Origin: an uncultured Candidatus Binatia bacterium
GTDB taxonomy: Bacteria; Desulfobacterota; Binatia; UBA9968; JAJDTQ01
Assembly: GCA_965215605.1 (NCBI GenBank)
Contig: OZ244070.1
Coordinates: 2,592,001-2,656,000, forward strand
Direction: 5' to 3'
DNA: 64,000 nucleotides
The position numbers and the translations under genes were made by a program. The notes below the pieces were generated by a model, which was not told the DNA's origin, made no database searches, and saw nothing but the letters and a program-made list of their open reading frames with translations. This document shows, one piece after another, positions 26,888 to 36,599 of the stretch (within the stretch, counting starts at the first letter, position 1; each line of letters starts with the position of its first letter).

Positions 26888-27523
26888 TCAGGCCGGAGCA
26901 AGCACGAAGTCGAAGCGTCCGAGCCAGCCTTGCGGGGTGCGGCCCAGGTCCAGCAGCAGGTCGTCGTGAAAGATCGAGTCCCGGGCGTTCTCGCCGGGCA
27001 GGTCGGGAAAGTAGAGCTGAGTGGTGAGCAGGCGCGTGGACGGGCCCTGGACCTTGACGTGGATGTGCGGCGTGCGCCCGGTATAGCGCACGGGCCGGAT
27101 GGTCTCGAAGCGAAACGCCCCGGCGGCGTCGGTGTATTGATGGCCGCGATACCGGAAACCGGAATTGTCGTAGCGGCCCTGCTCGTCGGTATGCCAGATG
27201 TCGACCACGGCGCCGCCGACGGGACGGCAGTCCGGCGAAAGCACCAGGCCCTGCACTACAAGCGGCCGGCCGCTTGTGTCCGGTTCCCGCAAATTCGTCC
27301 GAAGCGGAGTTTCCGGAGTGTAGAACGGTCCCTCGGTCGACTCGGGTATGGCGCGCGTGCAGGCAAGCGGCGGAGCGAGTCCAAGGGAGCGGTCGGCGGC
27401 GGGACCGGAAAAAGGATAGCCCAGGAGCGTCGCCCGGGTCCGGGCCAGACAGGACAGGGTGGTGACGCCTGCCGCCGCCGCTGCAATCAGGGCGGCGCGA
27501 CGGGAGAACGTACGCGGCAGCAT
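26888..27523 (-). CDS. Intradiol ring-cleavage dioxygenase-like protein with Tat signal
   Basis: SRRAAL; EGPFY, VDIWHTDEQGRY, YTGRTPHIHVKV iron ligands, TQLYF. Confidence 0.85.
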   Translation of the reverse strand: MLPRTFSRRAALIAAAAAGVTTLSCLARTRATLLGYPFSGPAADRSLGLAPPLACTRAIPESTEGPFYTPETPLRTNLREPDTSGRPLVVQGLVLSPDCRPVGGAVVDIWHTDEQGRYDNSGFRYRGHQYTDAAGAFRFETIRPVRYTGRTPHIHVKVQGPSTRLLTTQLYFPDLPGENARDSIFHDDLLLDLGRTPQGWLGRFDFVLAPA

Positions 27524-27595
27524 GGGAGAATCATAAGCTGACCGGCAAGGCCGGTCAACCGGCGCCCCGACTTCGGAGCCGTCTGGCTTGCAGGC

Positions 27596-27721
27596 AAGCA
27601 GGTCGAGGCGGCGAAGTTGCCTGGACTGTCTCAGCCGGACGTGTCACGGCTTCTGCGAGGAGATTCCCGTGAGTATTCCATGGAGCCCCTGTTCCGTTTG
27701 TTGACGGACGGCATCGGTTGA
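27596..27721 (+). pseudogene. Remnant of XRE/HigA-type HTH antitoxin-like regulator
   Basis: Not in ORF track; translates KQVEAAKLPGLSQPDVSRLLRGDSREYSMEPLFRLLTD*, no start codon. Confidence 0.7.
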
Positions 27722-27728
27722 AGAGATC

Positions 27729-28106
27729 ATGCGAGACGACCTCCTGCTCTACGACGGCGAGTGCATCTACTGCCGGACGTACGCTCGGAAGGCCAGGATC
27801 AGGACCCCCGCGGGAAAGCGGCTGCCGTTCATCGACGGCAGGAAGGCGCCCCAACTCGTCGAGGAGCTTCGGCGGGACGGATGCGACATCGAGGACGGCA
27901 TGATCCTCATCCTGGAGGGCCGTCGCTACCAGGGGGCCGAGGCCATGGAGGTGCTGGGCTCCTTGGCCACAGAACCCGGATGGGTCAACGGGCTGACGCG
28001 GTGGGTGGGTTCCAAATCCGAACGGGCGCGCTTCTTGTACCCGTGGTTCCGGCGCTTGCGTCGGATGGGTCTGTGGATGGCCGGCAAGTCCGGCTTCCAT
28101 GAGTGA
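27729..28106 (+). CDS. DUF393/DCC1-like thiol-disulfide oxidoreductase
   Basis: LLYDGECIYC CxxC, GAEA, LYPWF. Confidence 0.75.
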   Translation: MRDDLLLYDGECIYCRTYARKARIRTPAGKRLPFIDGRKAPQLVEELRRDGCDIEDGMILILEGRRYQGAEAMEVLGSLATEPGWVNGLTRWVGSKSERARFLYPWFRRLRRMGLWMAGKSGFHE

Positions 28107-28585
28107 AGAAGTTCCCCCCTGCCGGCGAAGGGCTGGTGCTGACCGCGCAGCTCCGGTCGTTGCTCTACCCCGTAGCCAAGAACCTGACCCTTTCCTCCCT
28201 GCGCCAGCGCGCGCGTATCGACGACTCCGCGGAGTTCGATCCGGCGCGCCTGTCGGCGGCCGTGGAAACCGGCGGGGCGGACGGCATCCGTGATCTCAAG
28301 GTAATCGAATCCGCCCTCGCGCGCCCTTTGAACGTCGCGGCGTATGGTAGCCCGGATGCGGCTGACCTGGCTGCCGTCTATGCCCATGGCCTCGCCAACA
28401 ACCACGGCTTCGTCGACGGCAATAGGCGGACGGCCTGGGTCACCGCGCGGCTGTTCCTGGCCGACAACGGCCAGCGCCTTGAGTTCGACCCCCTGGACGC
28501 AATCCGGACCATGGAGGACGTGGCTGGCGGCCGTATTGGCGAAACCGATCTCGCCGGCTGGTTTCGCCGGCATGTCATGGCCTAA
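28103..28585 (+). pseudogene. Doc/Fic family toxin, N-terminus apparently replaced (chimeric)
   Basis: GGADGIRDL..IESALARP, HGFVDGNRRTA; first ~55 aa unlike Doc; no Phd partner. Confidence 0.6.
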
Positions 28586-28603
28586 GCGACTTCTGTGGCT
28601 GTC

Positions 28604-30199
28604 CTATCCTCGGCGCGCCCCGGCCTCCGCCGTCCCCGCCACCGCCACGGGCCGCGGCGCCCGCCGCGTTTTCAGAAACCACACCAACACCACCAGCCCC
28701 AGGTACATGAGGCCGATCATGATGAAGAGTTGGTGGTAGGCGAGGGTGACGCCTTCGTTCAGGAGGCTGAATCCGAACAGCGACAGGGCCCTTTCGTCGA
28801 GGGCGATGCCGAACTGTCCGGCGTGCTGCAGCATGGCGCTGAGCTGGGCCAGCACGTCGTCGCGCAGGGGTTCGGTCAGGCGGGCGCCCAGCGTGGGGGT
28901 CATGGCCTCGACCTTGTAGAAGATGTGGCGTTCCAGGAGGAAGCTCAGGGTGGCGATGCCGAAGGCCTCGCCGAGGCCGCGGGCCAGGCCCAGGATGCCG
29001 CTGCCCATGCGCGACTCGCCCTCGGGGAGCGCGCCCAGGGCGATGGAGTTGAGCGGCGCGTTGATGGTGGACTGGCCGATGCTCTTGAGTATCACCAGGA
29101 AGTAGATGACGCCCATGCCGGTCCAGATGGTGATGTTGGCGAGGCCGAACAGCGTGACCGTGAGGAGCACGAGCCCCGTCACCAGCAGGATCTTGGGCCC
29201 GAACCGGTCCGACAGCATGCCGGCGAAGGGCGACACGATGCCCACGGCGACGGCGGCGGGAAGCATGAAGATGCCGGCCTGCAGGGGCGGATAGAAGAGC
29301 GCCTTCTGGAGGAACAGGTTCAGGATGAAGCTGGTGCCGCGGAAGCCCATGACCCGGACCAGCACGATCATGCTGGAGATGCTGAAGTTGAGGTCTTTGA
29401 AGTAGCGGATCTGGACGTAGGGGTGCTCGGCCCTTAGCTCGACCATGATGAAGGCCGCGATGAGCAGCGCGGCGGTTCCGAACAGCGACAGGATCCGCTG
29501 GCTGGTCCAGCCCTCCGCCTGGCCCTGGGTGAGCCCCAGGAGCATGACCACGAGGCCGCCGGTGAGGGTGAGGAATCCCAGCAGGTCGAAGGAGGACGGC
29601 TTGTGGGAGGCGGACCGCCGGGGAAGGATGAACATGGCCGCCATGACCGCCAGCGCCAACGTCGGCAGGGGCAGGTAGAAGATCGTCCGCCAGCTTATGT
29701 ACTGGGCCAGGTAGCCGCCGGCCGGAGGTCCGAAGAACGGCCCCAGCGACCAGCCGGTCATGAAGAGCCCCATGGCCAGCCCGCGCTCGTTGCGGGGAAA
29801 GGCCTCGTACATGATGGACATGGACACGCCGATGAGGGGCCCCACCCCCATGCCCTGGATGATGCGGAAGAAGATCAGCGAGTTGACGTCCCAGGCGATG
29901 GAACACAGGAACGAGCCGGCGCCGAAGGTCGCGGCGCTCAGGATGAACAGGTTGCGGTCGCCGATGCGCTGTCCCAGCCAGCCCACGCAGGGAATCAGCA
30001 CCGTGCGGGTGATCATGAACGCGATCAGCACCCATTGGATCCGGTGCAGCGAGGTGCCCAGGGACGACATCATCGCCGGGATGGCGGTGTCGACGCCGGT
30101 GATGCCCAGCCCGACGCTGATCATCCCCAGGGAGAGGGTGATGGTAATAGGCCACTTCCGGGCGGGATCGTAGGTCTGGACGGGGGGCGTGGGCGTCAT
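28604..30199 (-). CDS. DHA2/EmrB family MFS efflux permease
   Basis: About 14 TM, WVLIAFM, GWLGQRIGDR, FRIIQGMG, GPFFGPPAGG. Confidence 0.88.
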   Translation of the reverse strand: MTPTPPVQTYDPARKWPITITLSLGMISVGLGITGVDTAIPAMMSSLGTSLHRIQWVLIAFMITRTVLIPCVGWLGQRIGDRNLFILSAATFGAGSFLCSIAWDVNSLIFFRIIQGMGVGPLIGVSMSIMYEAFPRNERGLAMGLFMTGWSLGPFFGPPAGGYLAQYISWRTIFYLPLPTLALAVMAAMFILPRRSASHKPSSFDLLGFLTLTGGLVVMLLGLTQGQAEGWTSQRILSLFGTAALLIAAFIMVELRAEHPYVQIRYFKDLNFSISSMIVLVRVMGFRGTSFILNLFLQKALFYPPLQAGIFMLPAAVAVGIVSPFAGMLSDRFGPKILLVTGLVLLTVTLFGLANITIWTGMGVIYFLVILKSIGQSTINAPLNSIALGALPEGESRMGSGILGLARGLGEAFGIATLSFLLERHIFYKVEAMTPTLGARLTEPLRDDVLAQLSAMLQHAGQFGIALDERALSLFGFSLLNEGVTLAYHQLFIMIGLMYLGLVVLVWFLKTRRAPRPVAVAGTAEAGARRG

Positions 30200-30217
30200 G
30201 GCGCGGCGGGCCGACCG

Positions 30218-31093
30218 TTACCGGCCCGTACCACTGGCCTGCAGGCCGTCCTGCCGGCCCTCGGGCTTCTCGATCCGCACCACGGCGAGCATGCCGACGC
30301 GGAGGATGCCGTCTGTGTTCTTCACCGCGATCTTCACGGGCAGCTTCTGCGTGGACTTGATGAACACGCCGGTGAGCTTCTGCGGCGAGAACAGGGAGAA
30401 CTCGGAGGTGGTGGCGCCGCCCACGTCCGTGACCTCGCCCTCGAACTCCACGCCGGGGTACGAGTCCAGCCGGACCGTGGCCTTGTTGCCGGGCCTCACG
30501 AAGCGGATCTCGGTCTCGTCCACGTTGGCTTCCACCCAGTAGCGGCTGGAGTCCACCACCATGAACACGGGCTCGCCGGGCTGCACGAACTCGCCCCGGT
30601 GGGCGTTCTTCTTCACCACCATGCCCTTCACCGGACTGCGCAGCGTCATGAGCCCCCGCCGGAACTCCAACTCCTGCAACTCCGCCTCGGCCTCGCGCAC
30701 CCGGGCCTTCTTCGCCAGCAGCTCGGCTTCCCCGAGCGCGTGCTGCCGCCCGTCGCCGGCATGGCCGAGCTCACGCTCCACCTGCAGCAACTGGCTGCGG
30801 GCGTAGTCCACGGCGGCCTTGTGCTGCTCGATGCGGATCCGGATCTCCCGCGTGTCGAGCTCCACCATGACGTCGCCGGGCTCCACCGCGTCGCCCTCGT
30901 CCTTCCCGAGGGCGCTGATCCTGCCGGGCACCTCGGTGCTGATGGTGACGATGTCGGCCTTGACCCGCGCGTCGTCGGTGGTGATGTAGCCCAGCGACGA
31001 CCACACCCAGACGCCGAAGGCCGCGATGACCAGCACCATGACGGCCGCGGTCCCCGCGAGCCATCGCTTCTTGCTCGATTCCATTGCAGCCAT
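30218..31093 (-). CDS. HlyD/EmrA family membrane fusion protein
   Basis: N-terminal TM, TDDARV, SPVKG, WVEANVDET, FSLFSP...QKLPVKI. Confidence 0.88.
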   Translation of the reverse strand: MAAMESSKKRWLAGTAAVMVLVIAAFGVWVWSSLGYITTDDARVKADIVTISTEVPGRISALGKDEGDAVEPGDVMVELDTREIRIRIEQHKAAVDYARSQLLQVERELGHAGDGRQHALGEAELLAKKARVREAEAELQELEFRRGLMTLRSPVKGMVVKKNAHRGEFVQPGEPVFMVVDSSRYWVEANVDETEIRFVRPGNKATVRLDSYPGVEFEGEVTDVGGATTSEFSLFSPQKLTGVFIKSTQKLPVKIAVKNTDGILRVGMLAVVRIEKPEGRQDGLQASGTGR

Positions 31094-31317
31094 GCTCGTC
31101 GGCGCCTCGTGGGAGGCGTTGAAGGCGAGGATTGGGGTCGATGGGAACTGGACGGTCCGGCGTGGCGGCTTCGACCCTGACTTCGTGAACCACTAACACG
31201 TCCCCTGCCGATCCACAATGTAGCCGGAGCCGGGCAGGGCACCGGTACCACGCGGGCTTTTTCCGCCTCCTGCCGAGTCACTGTCCATAGTCTTGCGAAT
31301 TTTATATGCTGCCCGCC

Positions 31318-32763
31318 ATGAAAGAGATCCACTTCGTCGACACCACCCTTCGCGACGGCCCTTCGAGCCTCTGGGCCATGGGAATACGCACGGACATGAT
31401 CCTGCCCGTGGCCGCCCAGATGGATGAGGCCGGCTTCCTGGGGATGGAGATCATCGCCTCGGCCTTCTTCAAGAAATGCGTGCGCGAGCTCAAGGACGAC
31501 CCCTGGGCGCGTGTGCGGCGGGTCAAGGAACGGGTGCCCAAGACCCCTCTGCGGCTGATCCGGAACCGCTACATGGCGGCTTTCCAGCACACCCCGGAGG
31601 CGGTTCAGCAGCTCTGGCTGGAGCGGCTGGCGGCCAACGGCATCAGCGAAGCGCGCACCTCCGACCCTTCCAACACGCCCGCGGTATGGGCCGAGCAGGT
31701 CCGCACCGCCACCGCCGCCGGCCTTGATACCATCGTCAACCTGATCTTCTCCATCTCGCCCAAGCACACCGACGAATATTACGCGGAGCGCACCCGGGAG
31801 GCCGCGAAGCTGCCGGTGAAGCGCATCTGCCTCAAGGACCCGGGGGGCCTGTTCACGCCGGAGCGCACCCGCGCCCTGGCCCCGGTGGTGCTGGCGAACG
31901 CCGGCGGCATCCCGGTGGAGTTCCACACCCACTGCAACAGCGGCCTCGGACCCCTGTGCACCCTGGACGCCATCGAGGCGGGCATTCCCATCATCAACGC
32001 AGCGCTGCCGCCCTTGTCGGACGGATCGTCCAACCCGTCGCTGTTCAACATCATCCGCAATGCCCGCGCCCTGGGCTACACGCCGGTCGTCGACGAGGAG
32101 GGCCTCCGGCCGGTGTCGGAGCACTTCACCCGGGTGGCGAAGGAGGAGGGCTTCCCCATGGGCGAGCCGCTCCACTACGATGCCTACCACTTCCAGCACC
32201 AAGTGCCCGGCGGGATGATCTCTAACCTGCGGCACCAGCTCGCCAACATCGGCATGGGCGCCCGCCTCGGCGAGGTGCTCGAAGAAGCGTGCCGGGTGCG
32301 GGAGGAGTTCGGCTATCCCATCATGGTGACGCCGTACTCCCAGTTCGTCGGCAGCCAGTGCGCCATCAACGTGATCCTGGGCCGGCGCTACGAGCAGGTC
32401 ACCGACGAGGTGATCCAGTACGCCATGGGACTGTGGGGCGAGGAGGAGGCATCGTCCATGGACCCGGACGTGCGCGACCGGATCCTGGACCGGCCGCGGG
32501 CCAGGGAGCTCCGGAGCTGGAGGCCTCCGGACACCTCGCTCAAGGAGCTGCGGGAGAAGGTCGGCGGCCCGGGCGTGTCCGACGACGAGCTGCTGCTGCG
32601 CTACTTCACCTCCGAGGAGGACGTGCGCGCCATGCAACAGGCGCCGGCGCGGTCCCGGAACGGCGGCAGCCATTTGGTAGGGTTGATCAAGGCCCTGACC
32701 GAGCGCTCCGAGGCGAAGCAGATCTTCATCCGCAGGCCGGACCTCTCGGTGCGCCTGGGCTGA
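31318..32763 (+). CDS. Pyruvate carboxylase subunit B/oxaloacetate decarboxylase alpha-like carboxyltransferase, no biotinyl domain
   Basis: DTTLRDG, LKDPGG, HTH, HQVPGGMISNL, GYPIMVTPYSQFVG; no MKM biotin motif. Confidence 0.8.
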   Translation: MKEIHFVDTTLRDGPSSLWAMGIRTDMILPVAAQMDEAGFLGMEIIASAFFKKCVRELKDDPWARVRRVKERVPKTPLRLIRNRYMAAFQHTPEAVQQLWLERLAANGISEARTSDPSNTPAVWAEQVRTATAAGLDTIVNLIFSISPKHTDEYYAERTREAAKLPVKRICLKDPGGLFTPERTRALAPVVLANAGGIPVEFHTHCNSGLGPLCTLDAIEAGIPIINAALPPLSDGSSNPSLFNIIRNARALGYTPVVDEEGLRPVSEHFTRVAKEEGFPMGEPLHYDAYHFQHQVPGGMISNLRHQLANIGMGARLGEVLEEACRVREEFGYPIMVTPYSQFVGSQCAINVILGRRYEQVTDEVIQYAMGLWGEEEASSMDPDVRDRILDRPRARELRSWRPPDTSLKELREKVGGPGVSDDELLLRYFTSEEDVRAMQQAPARSRNGGSHLVGLIKALTERSEAKQIFIRRPDLSVRLG

Positions 32764-32800
32764 CCACCCCTTTGGGGGGACTCCCCGAGCCTCGCCCTTC

Positions 32801-33838
32801 CTAGATCCCGTAGAACCGCTTGGCGTTGTCGTACAGGATCTTGTGCTTGAGTCCCTGGGACAGGTCGGGGCGTTCCAGGAACTCGGGGATGTCGGTGCCG
32901 AACTCCGTCACCGCCTTCTCGTGGGGGTAGTCCGACGGGTACATCAGGGTGTCCTCGCCCAGCTCCCGGGCCACCACGTCGAGGATCTTCTCGTCCAGTT
33001 CGCAAGTGACGAAGACGTTGCCTTCCTGGATGTACTCGCTGGGCAGCTTCTTTAGCGGGAAGTGCTTGCGCTTGCGGTCCACGTGGAACTTGTCGTCCAT
33101 GCGCTCCATCATGTACGGGACCCAGCCGGCCCCGGCTTCCAGGTAGCCCACCCGGAGCCTCGGAAAGAGCTCGAACACGCCGTCGAGCACCATGCTCGCC
33201 ATCTGGATCATCTGGGCGATGGGGTGCTCCAGGGTGTGGATCATGGACATGGTCTGGAGGTAGTCGAACCCGAGCCCCTGGCTCGGCGCGCCGTGGATGG
33301 CCAGCGGACAGTCCAGGTTCTGCGCCTCCTGGTAGAGCGGGTGGAAGTCGGAATGGCCGAAGCCCTTGTGCAGCACGTTGACCGCGGGCAGGAGGCCGGC
33401 GACCATGCCCTGCTCGGTGACCGCGTGGCGCAGTTCTTCCACCGCCTGGGGCACATCGTGCACCGGCAGGATCGCCACTCCCTTGAGGCGCGGGCTCGTC
33501 CGCGTGTACTTGTCGTGGAACCAGTTGTTGTAGGCCCGGGCCAGCCCGCCGGCCCAGTCGGAGTCCTGGATGAGACCGAAGGCCAGCCCTGCGGTGGGAT
33601 AGAGCACGGCCGCCTCGATGCCCGCCCCGTCGATGAACTCCAGCCAGCTCTCGGGCGAGGTCTGGCTGGCCTTCTTGACCCCCTTGACCGCGCCTCGGGG
33701 CCAGCCGTCGAGCGAAGGGAACAGTCCGAACACCTTGTGCCTTCGGTGGCCCTCGTAGGGGCCTTCGAAGTATTCCTCGAGCTCGTCGTTGTCTTCGAGA
33801 ATGTGTCCGTCGGCGTCGATGATGGGAACGCTTGCCAT
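32801..33838 (-). CDS. Amidohydrolase family (amidohydro_2) protein
   Basis: IIDADGH, ARAYNNW, LAIH, LEAGAGWVP, SDYPH, NAKRFY. Confidence 0.88.
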   Translation of the reverse strand: MASVPIIDADGHILEDNDELEEYFEGPYEGHRRHKVFGLFPSLDGWPRGAVKGVKKASQTSPESWLEFIDGAGIEAAVLYPTAGLAFGLIQDSDWAGGLARAYNNWFHDKYTRTSPRLKGVAILPVHDVPQAVEELRHAVTEQGMVAGLLPAVNVLHKGFGHSDFHPLYQEAQNLDCPLAIHGAPSQGLGFDYLQTMSMIHTLEHPIAQMIQMASMVLDGVFELFPRLRVGYLEAGAGWVPYMMERMDDKFHVDRKRKHFPLKKLPSEYIQEGNVFVTCELDEKILDVVARELGEDTLMYPSDYPHEKAVTEFGTDIPEFLERPDLSQGLKHKILYDNAKRFYGI

Positions 33839-33865
33839 GGATCGCTCCTCCTCTCCTGCTCCGAA

Positions 33866-33932
33866 TGCCTACTCCAGTCGCGGCAGCGTGTCAAAGCGCG
33901 TCCTTGACATTGCGGGTGAGTCTTTCTAACTG
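33866..33932. promoter_or_regulatory. Possible back-to-back divergent sigma70 promoters
   Basis: TGTCAA-N9-TTGACA (33889-33909); each -35 has a TA-initiated hexamer 17 nt downstream (TAACTG, TAGGCA). Confidence 0.3.
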
Positions 33933-33998
33933 TTCGCACTGGACCGCCCGCATCCGCCGTTCCGGGTCCGACCCGCGAAATCCGCAGCAGGAACAGGA

Positions 33999-35000
33999 GT
34001 GAACGTGAGTCTCAAGCTTGGCATAACCATCCCCACCTACACCTGGCCGGACATGGACTACCGGATGGCGCACACCGTGGTGCAGGACTACGCCAGAAAG
34101 ACCGAGGAACTGGGGTTCGAGTCACTGACCGTGTGGGACCATCTCACCGACGCGCCGGGGCTTTACGGCGGCTCCTGGATGGATCCCCTTATCTGCCTTT
34201 CGGCGGCGACGGCATGCACCGAGCGCATCAAGCTGGGCACCCACATCCTGGTGTTGCCGTTGCGCCATCCCGTGCTGCTGGCCAAGGAGATCGCCACCCT
34301 GGACTACATCTCCGGCGGGCGGTTCTTCTTCGGCGTGGGGCCGGGCTGGAGCAAGCCCGAGTTCGACGCCATGGGCATCGACCTGCGGCAGCGGGGGCGC
34401 CGCACCGACGAGATCCTGGACGCAGTGAAGCTGCTGCTGACAGAAAAGAACGTGTCGTTCAAGGGCGAGTTCTTCCAGTTCGACGACGTCACCATCGATC
34501 CCATGCCGCCCAGGTATCCGGAAGTCTGGGTGGCCGGCGGCTCGCGCATCCCCGACGAACTGTCGCCGGACAAGCCCTACATGGTGAAGACCGTGATGCG
34601 GCGCATCGCCAAACACGCCGACGTCTTCACCTGCCGCGCCTCGGGCAAGCTGGAGTGGGTCAAGCGTGACCTCGAGACCGTCAGCGAGTTCCTCAAGTCG
34701 GAGGGCCGGGACCCCGCCACCCTGGGCTTCGCGCATGTGCAGGCCATCTACGTCGTAGACACCCAGGACCCCGAGGAGGCGCTGCAGATCCAGCGCCCCC
34801 ACATCGAGCGCATGATGGGCAGCAACCGGAGTTGGGACCACCTCCAGGAATGCTACATGGTCGGCAGCGTCGACCAGATCGTGGCGAAGCTGAAGATCCT
34901 GGAGGCCGCGGGCATGGAGCACGTCACCTTGCAGCCCGCGGGCCCGGACATCGAGCAGGTGGACCTTATCGCGGAGAAGATCGCGCCGCACTTCGGGTAG
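33999..35000 (+). CDS. LLM class flavin-dependent oxidoreductase
   Basis: WDH, KLGTHILVLPLRHPVLLAKEIATLDYISGGR, GVGPGW. Confidence 0.88.
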   Translation: MNVSLKLGITIPTYTWPDMDYRMAHTVVQDYARKTEELGFESLTVWDHLTDAPGLYGGSWMDPLICLSAATACTERIKLGTHILVLPLRHPVLLAKEIATLDYISGGRFFFGVGPGWSKPEFDAMGIDLRQRGRRTDEILDAVKLLLTEKNVSFKGEFFQFDDVTIDPMPPRYPEVWVAGGSRIPDELSPDKPYMVKTVMRRIAKHADVFTCRASGKLEWVKRDLETVSEFLKSEGRDPATLGFAHVQAIYVVDTQDPEEALQIQRPHIERMMGSNRSWDHLQECYMVGSVDQIVAKLKILEAAGMEHVTLQPAGPDIEQVDLIAEKIAPHFG

Positions 35001-35037
35001 GCGTGGGAACGACGCTGACGTTACAGGAGAACCCAAC

Positions 35038-35736
35038 GTGCGTACGCTGAATCTGACGGTGGTCGAGGCCGACGGCGGCCGCTCGGACCTGGAGTTTCCG
35101 GTGGCTCGGATCCTGGACGCGGGGTTCACGGGCAAGAACCGGGAAGGGGCCATGAAGCACGTGGAGGAGCTCAAGGCCCACGGCGTGGCCGCGCCGGACC
35201 GCATCCCCGCCTATTTCGCGGTGACCCGGGAGTTGGTCACCACCGACGACGAGATCGAGGTGTTGGGCGACGACACTTCAGGGGAAGTGGAGGTGGTGTT
35301 CCTGTTCAAGGAAGAAGAGACCTACATCGCCGTGGGCAGCGATCACACGGACCGGGAACTCGAGAAGGACAGCATCCCCAAGTCCAAGGTCATCTGCCCC
35401 AAGGTGGTGTCCCGCGAGGTGTGGAAGCTCGCGGACGTGGAGCCCCACTGGGAACGGCTGAGGCTCCAGAGCTGGATCGAGGTGGACGGCCGGCGCACGC
35501 TCTATCAGGAGGGATCCCTGGCTGACTTCCTCACCGTCGACGACTTTCTCGACGGCGTGAGGTCCGTGGTGACGGCCGGATCGCTGGACGGCATGGTGCT
35601 GTACATGGGGACCATGCCCAGCCTGGGCGGACAGCTCCTGTTCTCGCCCGTCTTCGAGGGCCGCCTTTCCGACGAGGTCCGCGGGCGCGAGCTGTCGTTC
35701 CGCTACCGCATACGCCCCATGGACTGGCTCGCGTAG
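35038..35736 (+). CDS. DUF2848 family protein (FAH-like fold)
   Basis: AGFTGKN...HVEEL..GV, TSGEVE, GSDHTDRELE, SKVICPK, YQEG. Confidence 0.8.
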   Translation: MRTLNLTVVEADGGRSDLEFPVARILDAGFTGKNREGAMKHVEELKAHGVAAPDRIPAYFAVTRELVTTDDEIEVLGDDTSGEVEVVFLFKEEETYIAVGSDHTDRELEKDSIPKSKVICPKVVSREVWKLADVEPHWERLRLQSWIEVDGRRTLYQEGSLADFLTVDDFLDGVRSVVTAGSLDGMVLYMGTMPSLGGQLLFSPVFEGRLSDEVRGRELSFRYRIRPMDWLA

Positions 35737-35769
35737 CCGCCGCCGGCTGCAAACATCGAGGCCTGTGTG

Positions 35770-36567
35770 ATGAGTGACCATCGAGAACGACGGATTCGCG
35801 TCGCATCCATCCAGATGGGCATGGACGACGGGGGCAAGGCCTCCAACGTCAACCGCGCCGCCGCCCTCATCGACGGCGTGGAAGGGGCCGACCTGATCCT
35901 GCTCCCGGAGATCTGGAACGTCGGCTACTTCGCCTTCGACGACTACGGCGCCCAGAGCGAGAGCCTTTCCGGCCCCACCGTGTCCATGCTGCGGGAGAAG
36001 GCCGCCGCCAAGGGCGTGTTCCTTTTCGGCGGCAGCATCGTGGAGGATGACGGCGGCGCGTACTACAACACCAGCGTCCTCATCGACCGGCAGGGCGACG
36101 TCATCGGCACCTACCGCAAGATCCACCTCTTCGGCTACCAGTCCGAGGAGGCGCGTCTGCTCAAGCGGGGCGAAGCGCCGACGGTGGTGGACACGGATCT
36201 GGGGAAGTTCGGGTTGTCCACCTGCTACGACCTGCGGTTCCCGGAGCTTTACCGCCGGATGGCGGTCGCCGGAGCCGAGGTGTTCCTGGTGGCATCGGCC
36301 TGGCCGTATCCTCGTCTGGAGGCTTGGCTCCTGCTGAACCGCGTGCGCGCGCTGGAGAACCAGTGCTACCTGGTTTCCAGCAATTGCACCGGCAGCAACC
36401 GGGGAAAGGGTTTCGTCGGACATAGTACGGTGGCCGACCCCTGGGGGACGGCGCTGGCGTCCGCCGGCGACGGCGAGTGCGTGGTGAGGGCGGAACTGGA
36501 CCTGGGCCGGATTCCAGAGATCCGGACGACGTTCTCGGCGTTCCACGACCGCGTCCTGATTGACTAG
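35770..36567 (+). CDS. Carbon-nitrogen hydrolase (nitrilase/omega-amidase family)
   Basis: Catalytic triad motifs LLPE, YRKIHLF, TCYDLRFPE; RALENQ. Confidence 0.9.
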   Translation: MSDHRERRIRVASIQMGMDDGGKASNVNRAAALIDGVEGADLILLPEIWNVGYFAFDDYGAQSESLSGPTVSMLREKAAAKGVFLFGGSIVEDDGGAYYNTSVLIDRQGDVIGTYRKIHLFGYQSEEARLLKRGEAPTVVDTDLGKFGLSTCYDLRFPELYRRMAVAGAEVFLVASAWPYPRLEAWLLLNRVRALENQCYLVSSNCTGSNRGKGFVGHSTVADPWGTALASAGDGECVVRAELDLGRIPEIRTTFSAFHDRVLID

Positions 36568-36599
36568 CAAACACACTTGTATCCCAAGGGAGGAAAGAG

